A DNA stretch of 64,000 nt. Source: a virus. Where the stretch lies: UHGV virus genome UHGV-0299153, one strand, 5' to 3'. This document shows positions 36,966 to 46,184 of this stretch, one piece after another. Positions within the stretch are counted from its first letter, which is position 1. Every line of letters begins with the position of its first letter. The notes below the pieces were generated by a model. It was not told the origin of the DNA, made no database searches, and saw only the letters and a list, made by a program, of their open reading frames with translations. The translations under genes were made by a program, and so were the position numbers.

Positions 36966-37949
36966 TTAGATTATCTGAATCAGGGTGTTTTTCATCTCTT
37001 CTCTGGTACGGATGTTGTTACGATCACGAACAACAGATCCACAACCTTCGCAGCGGTATGTTTTAAATGCACTCAGCTGAGTATACGCCAAAGCTTCTTC
37101 CTCGTGAAGGTGTTCTCCACCACAGCGTGGGCAACGAACCTTTGGCTCCTCGTCCTGGTAGTACAATGACATGTTTGGGTGCTGCTTAGCAAACGGGCGA
37201 GCCAGCAAATACAAGCCTTCCAGAGACAGGATATCACCAACATTATACTCCCGCATCTGTTTAAATGCCTCAAGATCGCCATGGACACACTTGATCCACA
37301 TTTCAAATGTGTGGTCAATCAGTTTCTGTCGGGCCAGTTGGAAGTATTTGCATGCATACTCTAAAGTGTTTGCATTCAAACGGAATGCCTTCTTGATCAT
37401 TTTAAGGGTGTCAACCTCTTTGTAGGGGCTTGTTGGAGGCAACCCGTGAAATGCAAATCGTTGGTTGGCCCACCCGCAGTCAAAACCTGAATTGTGGGCT
37501 ACTGCGACATCGCATTTATCCAGATAATACCACAAATCCTGAATCAATTCGAGATCATTGTGAATATCCTCATCCCACATTTTGTAATCTGGAAGAGCGC
37601 AGTCAACCACACTAGGGCTGTCTAACCACTTACCTGCGAAAGTTAGCATATAGGGCATAACTTCAATACCACAGGTTTGAATGTTGGTCTTATAGTGCCC
37701 AAAGAACCAGCCGTTTGTTGGGGATGTCTCTGTATCATACACCCAAACTTTAGCACCTTTGTGCTCTTCAAGGAAGCGCTCCGTTGCTTCTCCTACAATC
37801 TCTGACATATTCTCTTGTGCACGTTTAAGCTGTAGTCGGATCCAGCTCTCACGTGACTCACGGCCTAAAAATTCACGAGCAATTTGTCTATTAGTGTATC
37901 CTTGTTGCTTTAGTGTTAAAATTTGCTCAAGAGTTAACTTTGTCATCAT
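36966..37949 (-). CDS. DEDDy 3'-5' exonuclease with N-terminal HTH and C-terminal zinc ribbon
   Basis: Exo motifs VWVYDTETS, VAHNSGFD, YNVGD; N-terminal TLKQQGYTNRQIAREF HTH-like; C-terminal CPRCG...CEGCG. Confidence 0.65.
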   Translation of the reverse strand: MMTKLTLEQILTLKQQGYTNRQIAREFLGRESRESWIRLQLKRAQENMSEIVGEATERFLEEHKGAKVWVYDTETSPTNGWFFGHYKTNIQTCGIEVMPYMLTFAGKWLDSPSVVDCALPDYKMWDEDIHNDLELIQDLWYYLDKCDVAVAHNSGFDCGWANQRFAFHGLPPTSPYKEVDTLKMIKKAFRLNANTLEYACKYFQLARQKLIDHTFEMWIKCVHGDLEAFKQMREYNVGDILSLEGLYLLARPFAKQHPNMSLYYQDEEPKVRCPRCGGEHLHEEEALAYTQLSAFKTYRCEGCGSVVRDRNNIRTREEMKNTLIQII

Positions 37950-37961
37950 CGTTAAGATTCC

Positions 37962-38183
37962 TTAGTAAAACTGAAGAATGTCTTTTAAAGCGAAGTCACG
38001 ATATTCGCCCTTGTCTACATCGAAGGCACGCATCAACCACTGCTCTTCTTTATGATACTCTGTAGAGCCAAACCATAAATTAGGCTCAGTAACGCAGCGA
38101 TCTGCAACAACACCTTTCCAGTTACGGTATTTCATCCTGATCAGGACTGAGTCGCAAGGATTGAATACCTTTTTCATCCCCAT
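37962..38183 (-). CDS. hypothetical protein (73 aa)
   Basis: ORF track. Confidence 0.4.
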   Translation of the reverse strand: MGMKKVFNPCDSVLIRMKYRNWKGVVADRCVTEPNLWFGSTEYHKEEQWLMRAFDVDKGEYRDFALKDILQFY

Positions 38184-38727
38184 AGAAATCTCTCTCCTCA
38201 GTTTTCTTTATAAACTCCTGCATGTAGAGCTCAATAGCCTCATGCTTGGTGCACTCTGGATTAATGACAAGATTGAGATCTGATTCTGCTCGTGCAATAA
38301 TCGTAGCTTTAGAGCATCTCCTCAAGAACTTTGTCATATCATCTCTGTAGTTTTTGTGGAGCGGGAAGTCGCTGTAGTCTTTCTCCAAATAGTCAGCCAT
38401 CCGGCGCAACGCCTCTGATAAACTGCAATCTGTATACTCGTTACAGTATTTCATCCAGTATTTAAGCACATACCCCTCAAAGGTATTAGTGCATTGAGAC
38501 AAAACACCCCTGCAACGACCAGTCAGATGATCATGATCTAAACAAGGCTTACGAAGTGGCTCGCACAAGATCGGATCAAGACCATCCTGCTCCTCTGACA
38601 ATTCTTTTCGAAAGTTGGCTATGTCCTTAGAATCTTTTAACCACCCGTTATGAACTGGGGCTTTGACAGCTTTCTTTCTTATTTTACGCTTTGCGATAAT
38701 CCCTCCAGATGAGCCCTGCCTATCCAA
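38122..38727 (-). CDS. endonuclease VII-like Holliday junction resolvase
   Basis: CLDHDHLTGRCRGVLSQCTNTFEG matches the T4 gp49 signature HLDHDHELNG...RGLLCNLCNAAEG. Confidence 0.7.
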   Translation of the reverse strand: MDRQGSSGGIIAKRKIRKKAVKAPVHNGWLKDSKDIANFRKELSEEQDGLDPILCEPLRKPCLDHDHLTGRCRGVLSQCTNTFEGYVLKYWMKYCNEYTDCSLSEALRRMADYLEKDYSDFPLHKNYRDDMTKFLRRCSKATIIARAESDLNLVINPECTKHEAIELYMQEFIKKTEERDFYGDEKGIQSLRLSPDQDEIP

Positions 38728-39308
38728 TAAGCATCTGCGAGATCGGCCTTACCTTGTACCAAATTGATCCCGTCTAGGAACCCAGGTTCAGATACTTCGC
38801 AGGCCTTAACCATCAACTTTTTATCCATTGTAACAGGTTTCTTCACAGTATGCTCTTTACCTGTCTTTTTGTCAAGCTTTTTCTTCTCCTCAAAAGCAAG
38901 TTCTTCAGGAAGATGACTACGAGCAAACTTTTTGGCAGTTGTTGGTGTCACTGTGTGGACCTTAAACAGGCCGTCATTTTCACAATCAGCTAAGGCATCC
39001 CAAAGCATAATTTCAAGACCGTAAAACAACCCAGCCAGTTCACGTGTGGCATCCCCGCGTGATCCAAAGGAAAGCCCTTCCATAACCACGGTGTCAACGT
39101 GATGCGTGTGGATATAATATCTGACCTGTTTGCAGATCCAGTCAATACGCTCAGCAGCTGTTGCAAAAGAAACCGTCCCTGGTTTCTTCTCTTTTGCAGA
39201 TGAGCTTTGAGTTCGTAACACAACCTTATGAACAGGCTTTCCATCGTCCCATACAACGCAAGCTGTGTGTGTCAACGACTGGTCTATGGATAATAGACGC
39301 TCTCTCAT
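38679..39308 (-). CDS. RuvC-like resolvase (putative)
   Basis: N-terminal LLSIDQSLTHTACVVW, central VVMEGLSFGS and C-terminal DLADAYWIGRAH resemble RuvC-fold catalytic blocks. Confidence 0.45.
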   Translation of the reverse strand: MRERLLSIDQSLTHTACVVWDDGKPVHKVVLRTQSSSAKEKKPGTVSFATAAERIDWICKQVRYYIHTHHVDTVVMEGLSFGSRGDATRELAGLFYGLEIMLWDALADCENDGLFKVHTVTPTTAKKFARSHLPEELAFEEKKKLDKKTGKEHTVKKPVTMDKKLMVKACEVSEPGFLDGINLVQGKADLADAYWIGRAHLEGLSQSVK

Positions 39309-39640
39309 GCTTCCTCATCCTCCTCTCCTTCATCAGGAGCATAAGCCTTATCTTTGAACAAGACGAGAGAGCAAAGCTTAACATCTGTTTCCACACTGGT
39401 GAACATGCATAACCGCTCGCCCTCAATCAACTCACAATCCTCTTTTAAAACAGCAGACCATACACGGTCATCTGCGTAATCATCTGTGTACAGGATGTAT
39501 GAAATAGTGTCATCTTCATACAACCGCCACATACCTGTGGCAACAATAAATGTATTTTTTGTTTTAATGGTCCCTGTTGTATGATCATCCTCAAAAACAG
39601 CTTCCATAATTGCATTATCTACAGAATTTTTAGTCATCAA
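39305..39640 (-). CDS. hypothetical protein (111 aa)
   Basis: ORF track. Confidence 0.5.
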   Translation of the reverse strand: MMTKNSVDNAIMEAVFEDDHTTGTIKTKNTFIVATGMWRLYEDDTISYILYTDDYADDRVWSAVLKEDCELIEGERLCMFTSVETDVKLCSLVLFKDKAYAPDEGEEDEEA

Positions 39641-40776
39641 ATTGCTCCAACATTTCTAAGAACGTTAACAAGTTTTGTTCGATCATTGAATGTTCGCTTC
39701 ATATACAAACAGTCAAAAATTATACTCATCCACTGACCTACGGAAATTCTACGATCAATACCATTGAAGTCAGTATACTTAACAACACCTTTCGGGAACC
39801 ACTTCTTGTACTGATCAATAATAGCCGCCCACATCTCCTTTGGAGTGCTGCACTGAGACAGTAGGTAGAATGCTGAGGCATCCCCGAACTTACCCTTACC
39901 GATAAGTCCTTGATACGGCTTGATGTTGTCAGCAGAGTCACCACACAGCATTTGGTATCCGAAGAACAGCATTCCGTAACCACCAACCTCTCCATTAGGC
40001 TTCATGAAGATGTTACCCATACCGTTATCGATCAGCATAGGGGTTTCCCTTACAAAATCTCCCTTATCATTTCGCATGGGATCGAACACAAGCCCCGGTA
40101 GTGTTCTTTGGTCCTTATCAATAGAGATAATAAACTTGTTGAACTTACCTGTTTTTTGGTAGTGGTTCCAACCTTCAAATTGCTGGATAGCTAACCAGTC
40201 GTCAGCCTCGATACCGTTGATCACTTGAGCATTATACTGCTTTTGGAGATACTGCCTTGCATCTCCAAGCAGCAGTGGTCGAAGAGTATTGTTACGGTTG
40301 GCTTTATATCTTTCCGGCATTGGGAGATCTAGTCTGAAGTTACCTGTGCCTCCCAGCACCCCAACGCACCGATCTTCCGGAATACCGAGATAATTAAGGA
40401 CTGCATTAGCTTTACACTTAATTGTGTGCAAGCAGTTCTCTACAGGATCTGGGGTTTGGATATCCAAGACATCGAAATCTTCTCGTGTCCACGGAATAAA
40501 CTCCTTGCCAGCCTTTTTACATGCAGCTTCACGGTTGGTATTCTCAGCTTTTAACCAACCACCAACGGTGTTCTTCTGCCGCCCCCAGAACTCTGTTCGT
40601 GTTTTAAACATCTTCTTACGTCCGGAGGCTTTGTGTGTTACCTCAATTGTCCTTTTTTCACAACTTGCTGCAGCTTGATATGCAACCTGATCGAAGTCAT
40701 AATAAACTATAGCGTCAGGTTCAAGAAGATCAGCCAGACAATCTATGGACTCAATAAGTGGATATTCTCTACTCAA
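39637..40776 (-). CDS. 5'-3' exonuclease / flap endonuclease (FEN family)
   Basis: CGDSADNIKPYQG matches the H3TH GDxSDNIPGV block of phage flap endonucleases; 379 aa. Confidence 0.7.
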   Translation of the reverse strand: MSREYPLIESIDCLADLLEPDAIVYYDFDQVAYQAAASCEKRTIEVTHKASGRKKMFKTRTEFWGRQKNTVGGWLKAENTNREAACKKAGKEFIPWTREDFDVLDIQTPDPVENCLHTIKCKANAVLNYLGIPEDRCVGVLGGTGNFRLDLPMPERYKANRNNTLRPLLLGDARQYLQKQYNAQVINGIEADDWLAIQQFEGWNHYQKTGKFNKFIISIDKDQRTLPGLVFDPMRNDKGDFVRETPMLIDNGMGNIFMKPNGEVGGYGMLFFGYQMLCGDSADNIKPYQGLIGKGKFGDASAFYLLSQCSTPKEMWAAIIDQYKKWFPKGVVKYTDFNGIDRRISVGQWMSIIFDCLYMKRTFNDRTKLVNVLRNVGAI

Positions 40777-41077
40777 AGACCCTCCTGTTAGTTATTCTGC
40801 AAGATGGTTGGATGCTGTAATGGAATGCATCATCACTCTCTGCAATAAGTGACTCAACATCCCAATACTTTTCAAAAAGGAACGGATTAGACCCCCAGTG
40901 GTGGGTTATTTTCATCAAGGAGTCTGGTATCATATAACCACAGATCTTAATTACATCGCCAGGTTGAATTGTGTTTTCATGAAGGTTGCTTGCCTTCTTC
41001 AGAATCATACCTTTATGATTCTCGTTTGCATACAACTGGACAATATCTTTATCTTCAATAATAAAAATTTTAAGCAT
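40769..41077 (-). CDS. hypothetical protein (102 aa)
   Basis: ORF track. Confidence 0.5.
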   Translation of the reverse strand: MLKIFIIEDKDIVQLYANENHKGMILKKASNLHENTIQPGDVIKICGYMIPDSLMKITHHWGSNPFLFEKYWDVESLIAESDDAFHYSIQPSCRITNRRVFE

Positions 41078-41136
41078 ATCTAGTTCTCCTAGTTTATAGA
41101 TATCTGACCGATAATATCAGATTAATAACACTTTTG

Positions 41137-41430
41137 TCAAGACTTTTTAGTCTTTCTTGGAGAGCTTTTTGTTGATCTTTTCCTTTTGTGGTAGATTCCA
41201 AGTGCAGCGTTTTCTTGGGCGCACGTTTTAACAGTTCTCAGACAAGAACTTTCAGCTTTAGGCAGGTTTAACTCCCACCAACCAAGCCAGTAAAGTTCTG
41301 ATTCAGACAACTGCTCAGATTCAGCCTTCCGATACAAGGCTTGCATACCTCTGATGATATCGTCCAGAGGTGTATCGAATACAAAAGCTGTCTTATCGAA
41401 TTTCTCTTTTACAGGTTTCTTAGCCATCAA
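41137..41430 (-). CDS. hypothetical protein with basic C-terminus (97 aa)
   Basis: ORF track. Confidence 0.45.
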   Translation of the reverse strand: MMAKKPVKEKFDKTAFVFDTPLDDIIRGMQALYRKAESEQLSESELYWLGWWELNLPKAESSCLRTVKTCAQENAALGIYHKRKRSTKSSPRKTKKS

Positions 41431-41884
41431 GGTAACCCTCTATCCACGAAAAGTCAGTCTTCCATTCTGGAACTTTACTAAGCTCACGCCACTCTGCAAA
41501 GCAGTCTCGGTAATAGGCCTCTGCCATACCCTTGGTGATCTTATTCACCTTAGCTAACTGACTAACTGCCTGAGCATACTTTCCACGGATATTTGCTAAC
41601 CCAGGATGCACCGATGTGTGACAATCTGGGCACAACGCTATCAGTCCGACAAGCCGGATCACTCCCTCTTCGAAAGTGTAAAGTTCATGACACTCCACTG
41701 GGTGTTTGCTGCCTTTACCGCCGCACACCTCACAGGTGTAGTTGGCTTCTCTATAGCACTTCTTGCGGATCTTATCCCACTCACTCTTCTTCACAGCGTT
41801 TCGGAGGTTATTATACCAAGCTGTTTCTGGGATCAGTTGCACAATAAGCCTGCGTTCAGACTTCATTAAACGTCCGTCTTCCAC
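41420..41884 (-). CDS. HNH endonuclease
   Basis: CEVCGGKGSKHPVECHELY ... CPDCHTSVH: two Cys pairs flanking an HNH-like His/Asn core. Confidence 0.55.
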   Translation of the reverse strand: MEDGRLMKSERRLIVQLIPETAWYNNLRNAVKKSEWDKIRKKCYREANYTCEVCGGKGSKHPVECHELYTFEEGVIRLVGLIALCPDCHTSVHPGLANIRGKYAQAVSQLAKVNKITKGMAEAYYRDCFAEWRELSKVPEWKTDFSWIEGYLDG

Positions 41885-41893
41885 GTATTCTCC

Positions 41894-42100
41894 TCACTCA
41901 AAGAAATGGGTGCGAGGACAAGATCCAGCCTCGCCTTGTTTCACAAGCTCGTAGAGCTCACCTTGACTTGTCTCATAAAGGCAAATACGTTTACCATTGT
42001 CCCGATATACATCGACAAGATACGCTGTTTCACCTGCAAACACGACACCACAGGCCAGACATGCTGCCATGAACAAAATTGCCAACAGAAAGTCTTTCAT
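41894..42100 (-). CDS. small secreted/membrane protein adjacent to endolysin
   Basis: N-terminal hydrophobic LLAILFMAACLACGVVFA; 68 aa. Confidence 0.45.
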   Translation of the reverse strand: MKDFLLAILFMAACLACGVVFAGETAYLVDVYRDNGKRICLYETSQGELYELVKQGEAGSCPRTHFFE

Positions 42101-42163
42101 GGTTAAACCCTCCTAAACATTTTATGAGGTAACAATACCACGTCCGTGTGGTTATGTCAATGA

Positions 42164-42634
42164 TCAATCAAGGACAACACCGCCTGCCTTTTTAAACACC
42201 TCGATCAACTTCTCAATCTTCTGTTCATGCTGACCATATCCAGCACCAGGCAACGAAGCCCAGCGGGAACGGCATTTATGGATAGCCTCGTGGATACGCC
42301 CTTCGTCAATGTCGGCGAGAGCCTTGCACTCACGGATCAGTTGCAACGCAATCTTGTCCTGACTGGCAGGGCCAAAATCTGGCAATCCTAACTGTTCCAT
42401 GTAGTGTTTAGCAAACTTCTCCAAAACCTGGTAACGCCCAGCAGCGGAGGAGGTAAGTTTAGCATTTAGCTTAACGTAAACACCGGGATGCTTGCTGTAA
42501 TCGCTGAACAGCTTGCCTCCGACTATGACATCGTATCCCCGATCCTTGGTAGGTTGTCTACCATTATCTGTGCCTTCCGAATATGCGATCATATCCAAGA
42601 AAGCCTTTCGTTGAACATTTTTATCAAGTTTCAT
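42164..42634 (-). CDS. endolysin, lambda R-like lytic transglycosylase
   Basis: QRKAFLDMIAYSEGTDNGRQ...GYDVIVGG...WASLPGAGYGQ aligns closely by eye with lambda R. Confidence 0.85.
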   Translation of the reverse strand: MKLDKNVQRKAFLDMIAYSEGTDNGRQPTKDRGYDVIVGGKLFSDYSKHPGVYVKLNAKLTSSAAGRYQVLEKFAKHYMEQLGLPDFGPASQDKIALQLIRECKALADIDEGRIHEAIHKCRSRWASLPGAGYGQHEQKIEKLIEVFKKAGGVVLD

Positions 42635-42776
42635 TTTTCATACTCTCCAGTTCACTCATAACGAGCCCCGATCAGCACCACTGTGTGGTGTGGCTAGGTT
42701 GCACAGTTCATACATCAGGGCATATGTAGGTGCAAATTGAAAACACTTATTCAATTGGCTACTAAACATACCTAAA

Positions 42777-44060
42777 TTATTCCAGCACCTCCCAAGTGTC
42801 TGGGTTAACATTTCGGACGCAGATACCGACAGGGAATTGGTAGTTGTTGTCTTCTGTCCTTGCTTGATATTTGAAGGTGACAAACTTGCCGATCATTTCC
42901 TGCATTCTGTCATAGCTACGCTCCTCGTGCGTACCTTTCATCTTCATTTTAACAACAATACCTTCCTTGTCAACACAGATAAGAACACCTTCATCATTCT
43001 TATCTTTCTCAACGTCAATAACTTTCACCTCTGCGTCGTTGAACTTTTTCCATTTCAATGCTTCAGATGTTCTCTGACCGTACTCATATTTACCACAGAA
43101 GTTACGCATAATGGTACCTTCATATCCTTCGGACATGAATATACCAACAGATTCTTCGCAATGATCAACTGTGTACGCAAGCTCTGCGTCAACAACCTTG
43201 ATATGGTCAAGCATCAGAGTGGTAACGGTATCCTCTGCATCCATAAGATCCTTGCAGCGTCCAGACTCTGTTTCGGGATCCCACCACACCTTGTCGCTAG
43301 GAATATCAAAAATGTGATACTCCAGATCGTAGCTACAGTACCCACCGTAACGCAAATCATCACGAACAGGCTCAACATCGACAGGAATATCTACCTTGTT
43401 GAAGTTTTTGTATGTTGATAAGCCGGACTTAATTGCGGCATGACGGCGTTTTTTATCTGCCTCATAGTCTTTATCGATCTCGGCCTGAATCTCTTCCTGT
43501 GTGCGCCACCGTTTAGCAAGAGACACTATTTTCTGCAAAGGAAGACCATGAATGTATAGTTCCCCATCAAGTTGTTTAATCCCAGTGGTAGAATGGAAAG
43601 AACGAAGTTGCTCTAAAAGCTTTCCTTGAATAGGGTAGGACTTATTACCACGGGAAATAAATTTAGGCTCACCATTTTGGAAAACAACAAGCAGACGAAG
43701 GCCATCTAACTTACGCAAGATCCAGCAAGGTAGTTTAAGTGCCTTGCCACGCTTCAGGTAGTCATGCACCAGCATGGGTAAAAGATCAACACCCTGCTCG
43801 CAATCTTCCATGTTTTCAACATACCCCAGACGGACTTGTTTTTCCCACTTGCTGATAGCCTCAAGCTCGGCCTGTTGCTCAGCTGTAGTCTCATTGGCAC
43901 GACCTACGTTCTTAGGTGTGCATACCGTCTCTTTGTACTGCAATTTACCGTCAAGCTTGCCAAACTCTACGATAACCTTTTCGCCATCAGTGAATACTTT
44001 CCACTGTTGGTAGCTGCCATCTTTGTTCAGTGCGTACAGTGTTGTTTTGATTTGATGCAT
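42777..44060 (-). CDS. ATP-dependent DNA ligase
   Basis: Motif I KxDG (LRKLDGLRLLVV); 427 aa. Confidence 0.65.
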   Translation of the reverse strand: MHQIKTTLYALNKDGSYQQWKVFTDGEKVIVEFGKLDGKLQYKETVCTPKNVGRANETTAEQQAELEAISKWEKQVRLGYVENMEDCEQGVDLLPMLVHDYLKRGKALKLPCWILRKLDGLRLLVVFQNGEPKFISRGNKSYPIQGKLLEQLRSFHSTTGIKQLDGELYIHGLPLQKIVSLAKRWRTQEEIQAEIDKDYEADKKRRHAAIKSGLSTYKNFNKVDIPVDVEPVRDDLRYGGYCSYDLEYHIFDIPSDKVWWDPETESGRCKDLMDAEDTVTTLMLDHIKVVDAELAYTVDHCEESVGIFMSEGYEGTIMRNFCGKYEYGQRTSEALKWKKFNDAEVKVIDVEKDKNDEGVLICVDKEGIVVKMKMKGTHEERSYDRMQEMIGKFVTFKYQARTEDNNYQFPVGICVRNVNPDTWEVLE

Positions 44061-44329
44061 TACTCGGCCTCTTCCTTAAAAATTTTAAACATCTCTTCTT
44101 TACTCATTACCAACCAGTCTCCCATAAAGTCAACTAGCCAATCTCCCTGGTACAGGACAAGGTTACCAAAAGGCTCGACAAGCTCACACATGCGACGAAG
44201 ATCTCTGGTCCGAACAGGTGACGATGTAAACACACCTGTATCAATCCACCGTTGCAGATCAGATACTGATGAAGAGCTTCCGTCAAACTGGTGGGCTTCT
44301 ACAGGTTTAGCAAGATTAAATAACGGCAT
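44060..44329 (-). CDS. hypothetical protein (89 aa)
   Basis: ORF track. Confidence 0.5.
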   Translation of the reverse strand: MPLFNLAKPVEAHQFDGSSSSVSDLQRWIDTGVFTSSPVRTRDLRRMCELVEPFGNLVLYQGDWLVDFMGDWLVMSKEEMFKIFKEEAE

Positions 44330-44624
44330 TGCAGTCCTCCTTCTGTAGTAGGTCTTTTATAGGATAAACAAGTAAGTGTGGATCGGAATAACGTATAGTC
44401 TTATTCTGCCACACTATGAACTTTATTACAACCAAATTTACAATATCTTTATCACCATGTAGCCCAACACACACATTTGTCCATATTTTGTGGTTGAAGA
44501 TCTTGCTATCGATGTAGATTTTAGTGTCAAACTTATCTTCCATTCTACCTATAAGTTTGATCAGCTCCTTCATCTGGTCGCCAAACACAGCATCTTTTTC
44601 AAGATTTCTGGAATGCTTGTACAT
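44316..44624 (-). CDS. hypothetical protein (102 aa)
   Basis: ORF track. Confidence 0.5.
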   Translation of the reverse strand: MYKHSRNLEKDAVFGDQMKELIKLIGRMEDKFDTKIYIDSKIFNHKIWTNVCVGLHGDKDIVNLVVIKFIVWQNKTIRYSDPHLLVYPIKDLLQKEDCNAVI

Positions 44625-44686
44625 AACTAACTACCTCGCTGCATACTTTCCATAATAAGTAAAGCCGGGATTACCCGGCTATGTTG

Positions 44687-45400
44687 TCAAATATACTCTG
44701 TTACATCCTTGAAGCTCGAAGGCTTCATGATCTTACCTTTACTGTCAAGGAATATGATAACTTTATTACCGTTGTAGAACTCTTCCTTAGCAACAAAACC
44801 TTCGTAGCGACCATCAAAGCGTCGCTCAAGATCTTTAATCTCCAACTCTATGAGTTGTTCAGCAGGCATATCTGCACTGGCACCGTGTGAATACCGTAGA
44901 TGGTTTACCCGTGCAAACTTGCTGTCATTAGATTTGAGAACCTTACGCATCATCCCGCACACATCGCCGCGAAGCTGGAACAGCAAAGCTGTTGACAACT
45001 CCGCTAAGCGGTAAGCTGACGCTCTTTGCTTGGATGTGTTTTTCGCAGCGATCAGTGTATCATAGAACTCACCGATCTTGAACTTAAGACCTCGTGGATT
45101 ATCAAACAGGTTTGACCACTTTTCGTGATTGTCATTAACGAGATAAGCTGCATAACTTGTGACAACGTGAAGATCGCAGGCCTCTTTTAGCAGGTGATCT
45201 CCACCATCACCTTTCTCCAGCTCTTCCAAAACCTCATTGAACTCTTCCTCAATGAAGCTAAGCTGTAATTCGAATGGTGTGTATGATTTTTTCACTTTAG
45301 CTGCCACACGGTTCCAGTTTTCCACCCAGTTGGCAGACCAAAGGTAGTTTTCAGGCTGAGACAGTTTTTCCAGGTTGTCGATCAGTTTAGTATTTAGCAT
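44687..45400 (-). CDS. hypothetical protein (possible MazG-like NTP pyrophosphohydrolase, weak)
   Basis: Acidic EEEFNEVLEELE...DLH block loosely resembles MazG/HisE metal-binding helices. Confidence 0.35.
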   Translation of the reverse strand: MLNTKLIDNLEKLSQPENYLWSANWVENWNRVAAKVKKSYTPFELQLSFIEEEFNEVLEELEKGDGGDHLLKEACDLHVVTSYAAYLVNDNHEKWSNLFDNPRGLKFKIGEFYDTLIAAKNTSKQRASAYRLAELSTALLFQLRGDVCGMMRKVLKSNDSKFARVNHLRYSHGASADMPAEQLIELEIKDLERRFDGRYEGFVAKEEFYNGNKVIIFLDSKGKIMKPSSFKDVTEYI

Positions 45401-45414
45401 TAAAAGGTCACCTC

Positions 45415-46176
45415 TTACAGTTCCATAAAGTTTTCTACAGTTTCAATAAATGCTTTATCAGAGAAAGCGTCAACAGCACCGTTAAACCATACAGGGATCC
45501 CGCGATCCTCATATTGATAAAGGTCGCTACGTGAAATGCCACTTCCATCTGCACTCTGCGAATCATACTTGTTTACAATCAGCAGTTTTGTGCCTTTACA
45601 AGTAGCAGGAAACAATTCCCAGTTAAAATTAATAACTGTGTTAGAACAACCTACCAGGATCACCATATCATTGCTGGTAAGAGATGTCAACAGGTCATAC
45701 ATGTCTGTATACTTAGGAGCAACCTCACCGAAGAACACTACATTGGGCTTAACCCAGGTATACTTGCCTGTATCTACCTCCGTGTATCCGATATTTTTAA
45801 TTACATCATTACCTTCAGCATCTTCGTAGGTGATTTCAGGCAAATACCCGTGGACATGTAAAATATCTTCATGTTTTACACCAGCACGCTCCAGCAAATC
45901 ATCTACATTGGTAGTAAGGTTGATCACACGACCATACCAGCGGGAATACCACTCAGCGATCCGAAGATGTGCAAGGTTAGGATCAACACTGCCCAGAGCT
46001 ACACGACGTGCATTGTAAAAGTCATGCACCTTATAGTAGTTCTTGGCAAAGGTGTGGATGTTGCACACCTCATCGATGCTGAAATTCTCCCACATTGCAG
46101 TGCTACCAGATCGGAAAGTGGGAATACCAGATTCAGCGCTCAAACCAGCACCGGAGATAATAATCAGTCGTCGCAT
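45415..46176 (-). CDS. Sir2-family (sirtuin) NAD-dependent enzyme
   Basis: GAGLSAESGIPTFR, TTNVDDLLERAG, VHG (catalytic His), VVFFGE, VLVGCS; no CxxC zinc-ribbon pairs. Confidence 0.8.
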   Translation of the reverse strand: MRRLIIISGAGLSAESGIPTFRSGSTAMWENFSIDEVCNIHTFAKNYYKVHDFYNARRVALGSVDPNLAHLRIAEWYSRWYGRVINLTTNVDDLLERAGVKHEDILHVHGYLPEITYEDAEGNDVIKNIGYTEVDTGKYTWVKPNVVFFGEVAPKYTDMYDLLTSLTSNDMVILVGCSNTVINFNWELFPATCKGTKLLIVNKYDSQSADGSGISRSDLYQYEDRGIPVWFNGAVDAFSDKAFIETVENFMEL

Positions 46177-46184
46177 AAGTGTCC

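Noticed and set aside
42656-42883. 75-aa minus-strand ORF
   Set aside because: Overlaps the 3' end of the DNA ligase gene in another frame and sits in the ligase-lysozyme spacer; no SD.
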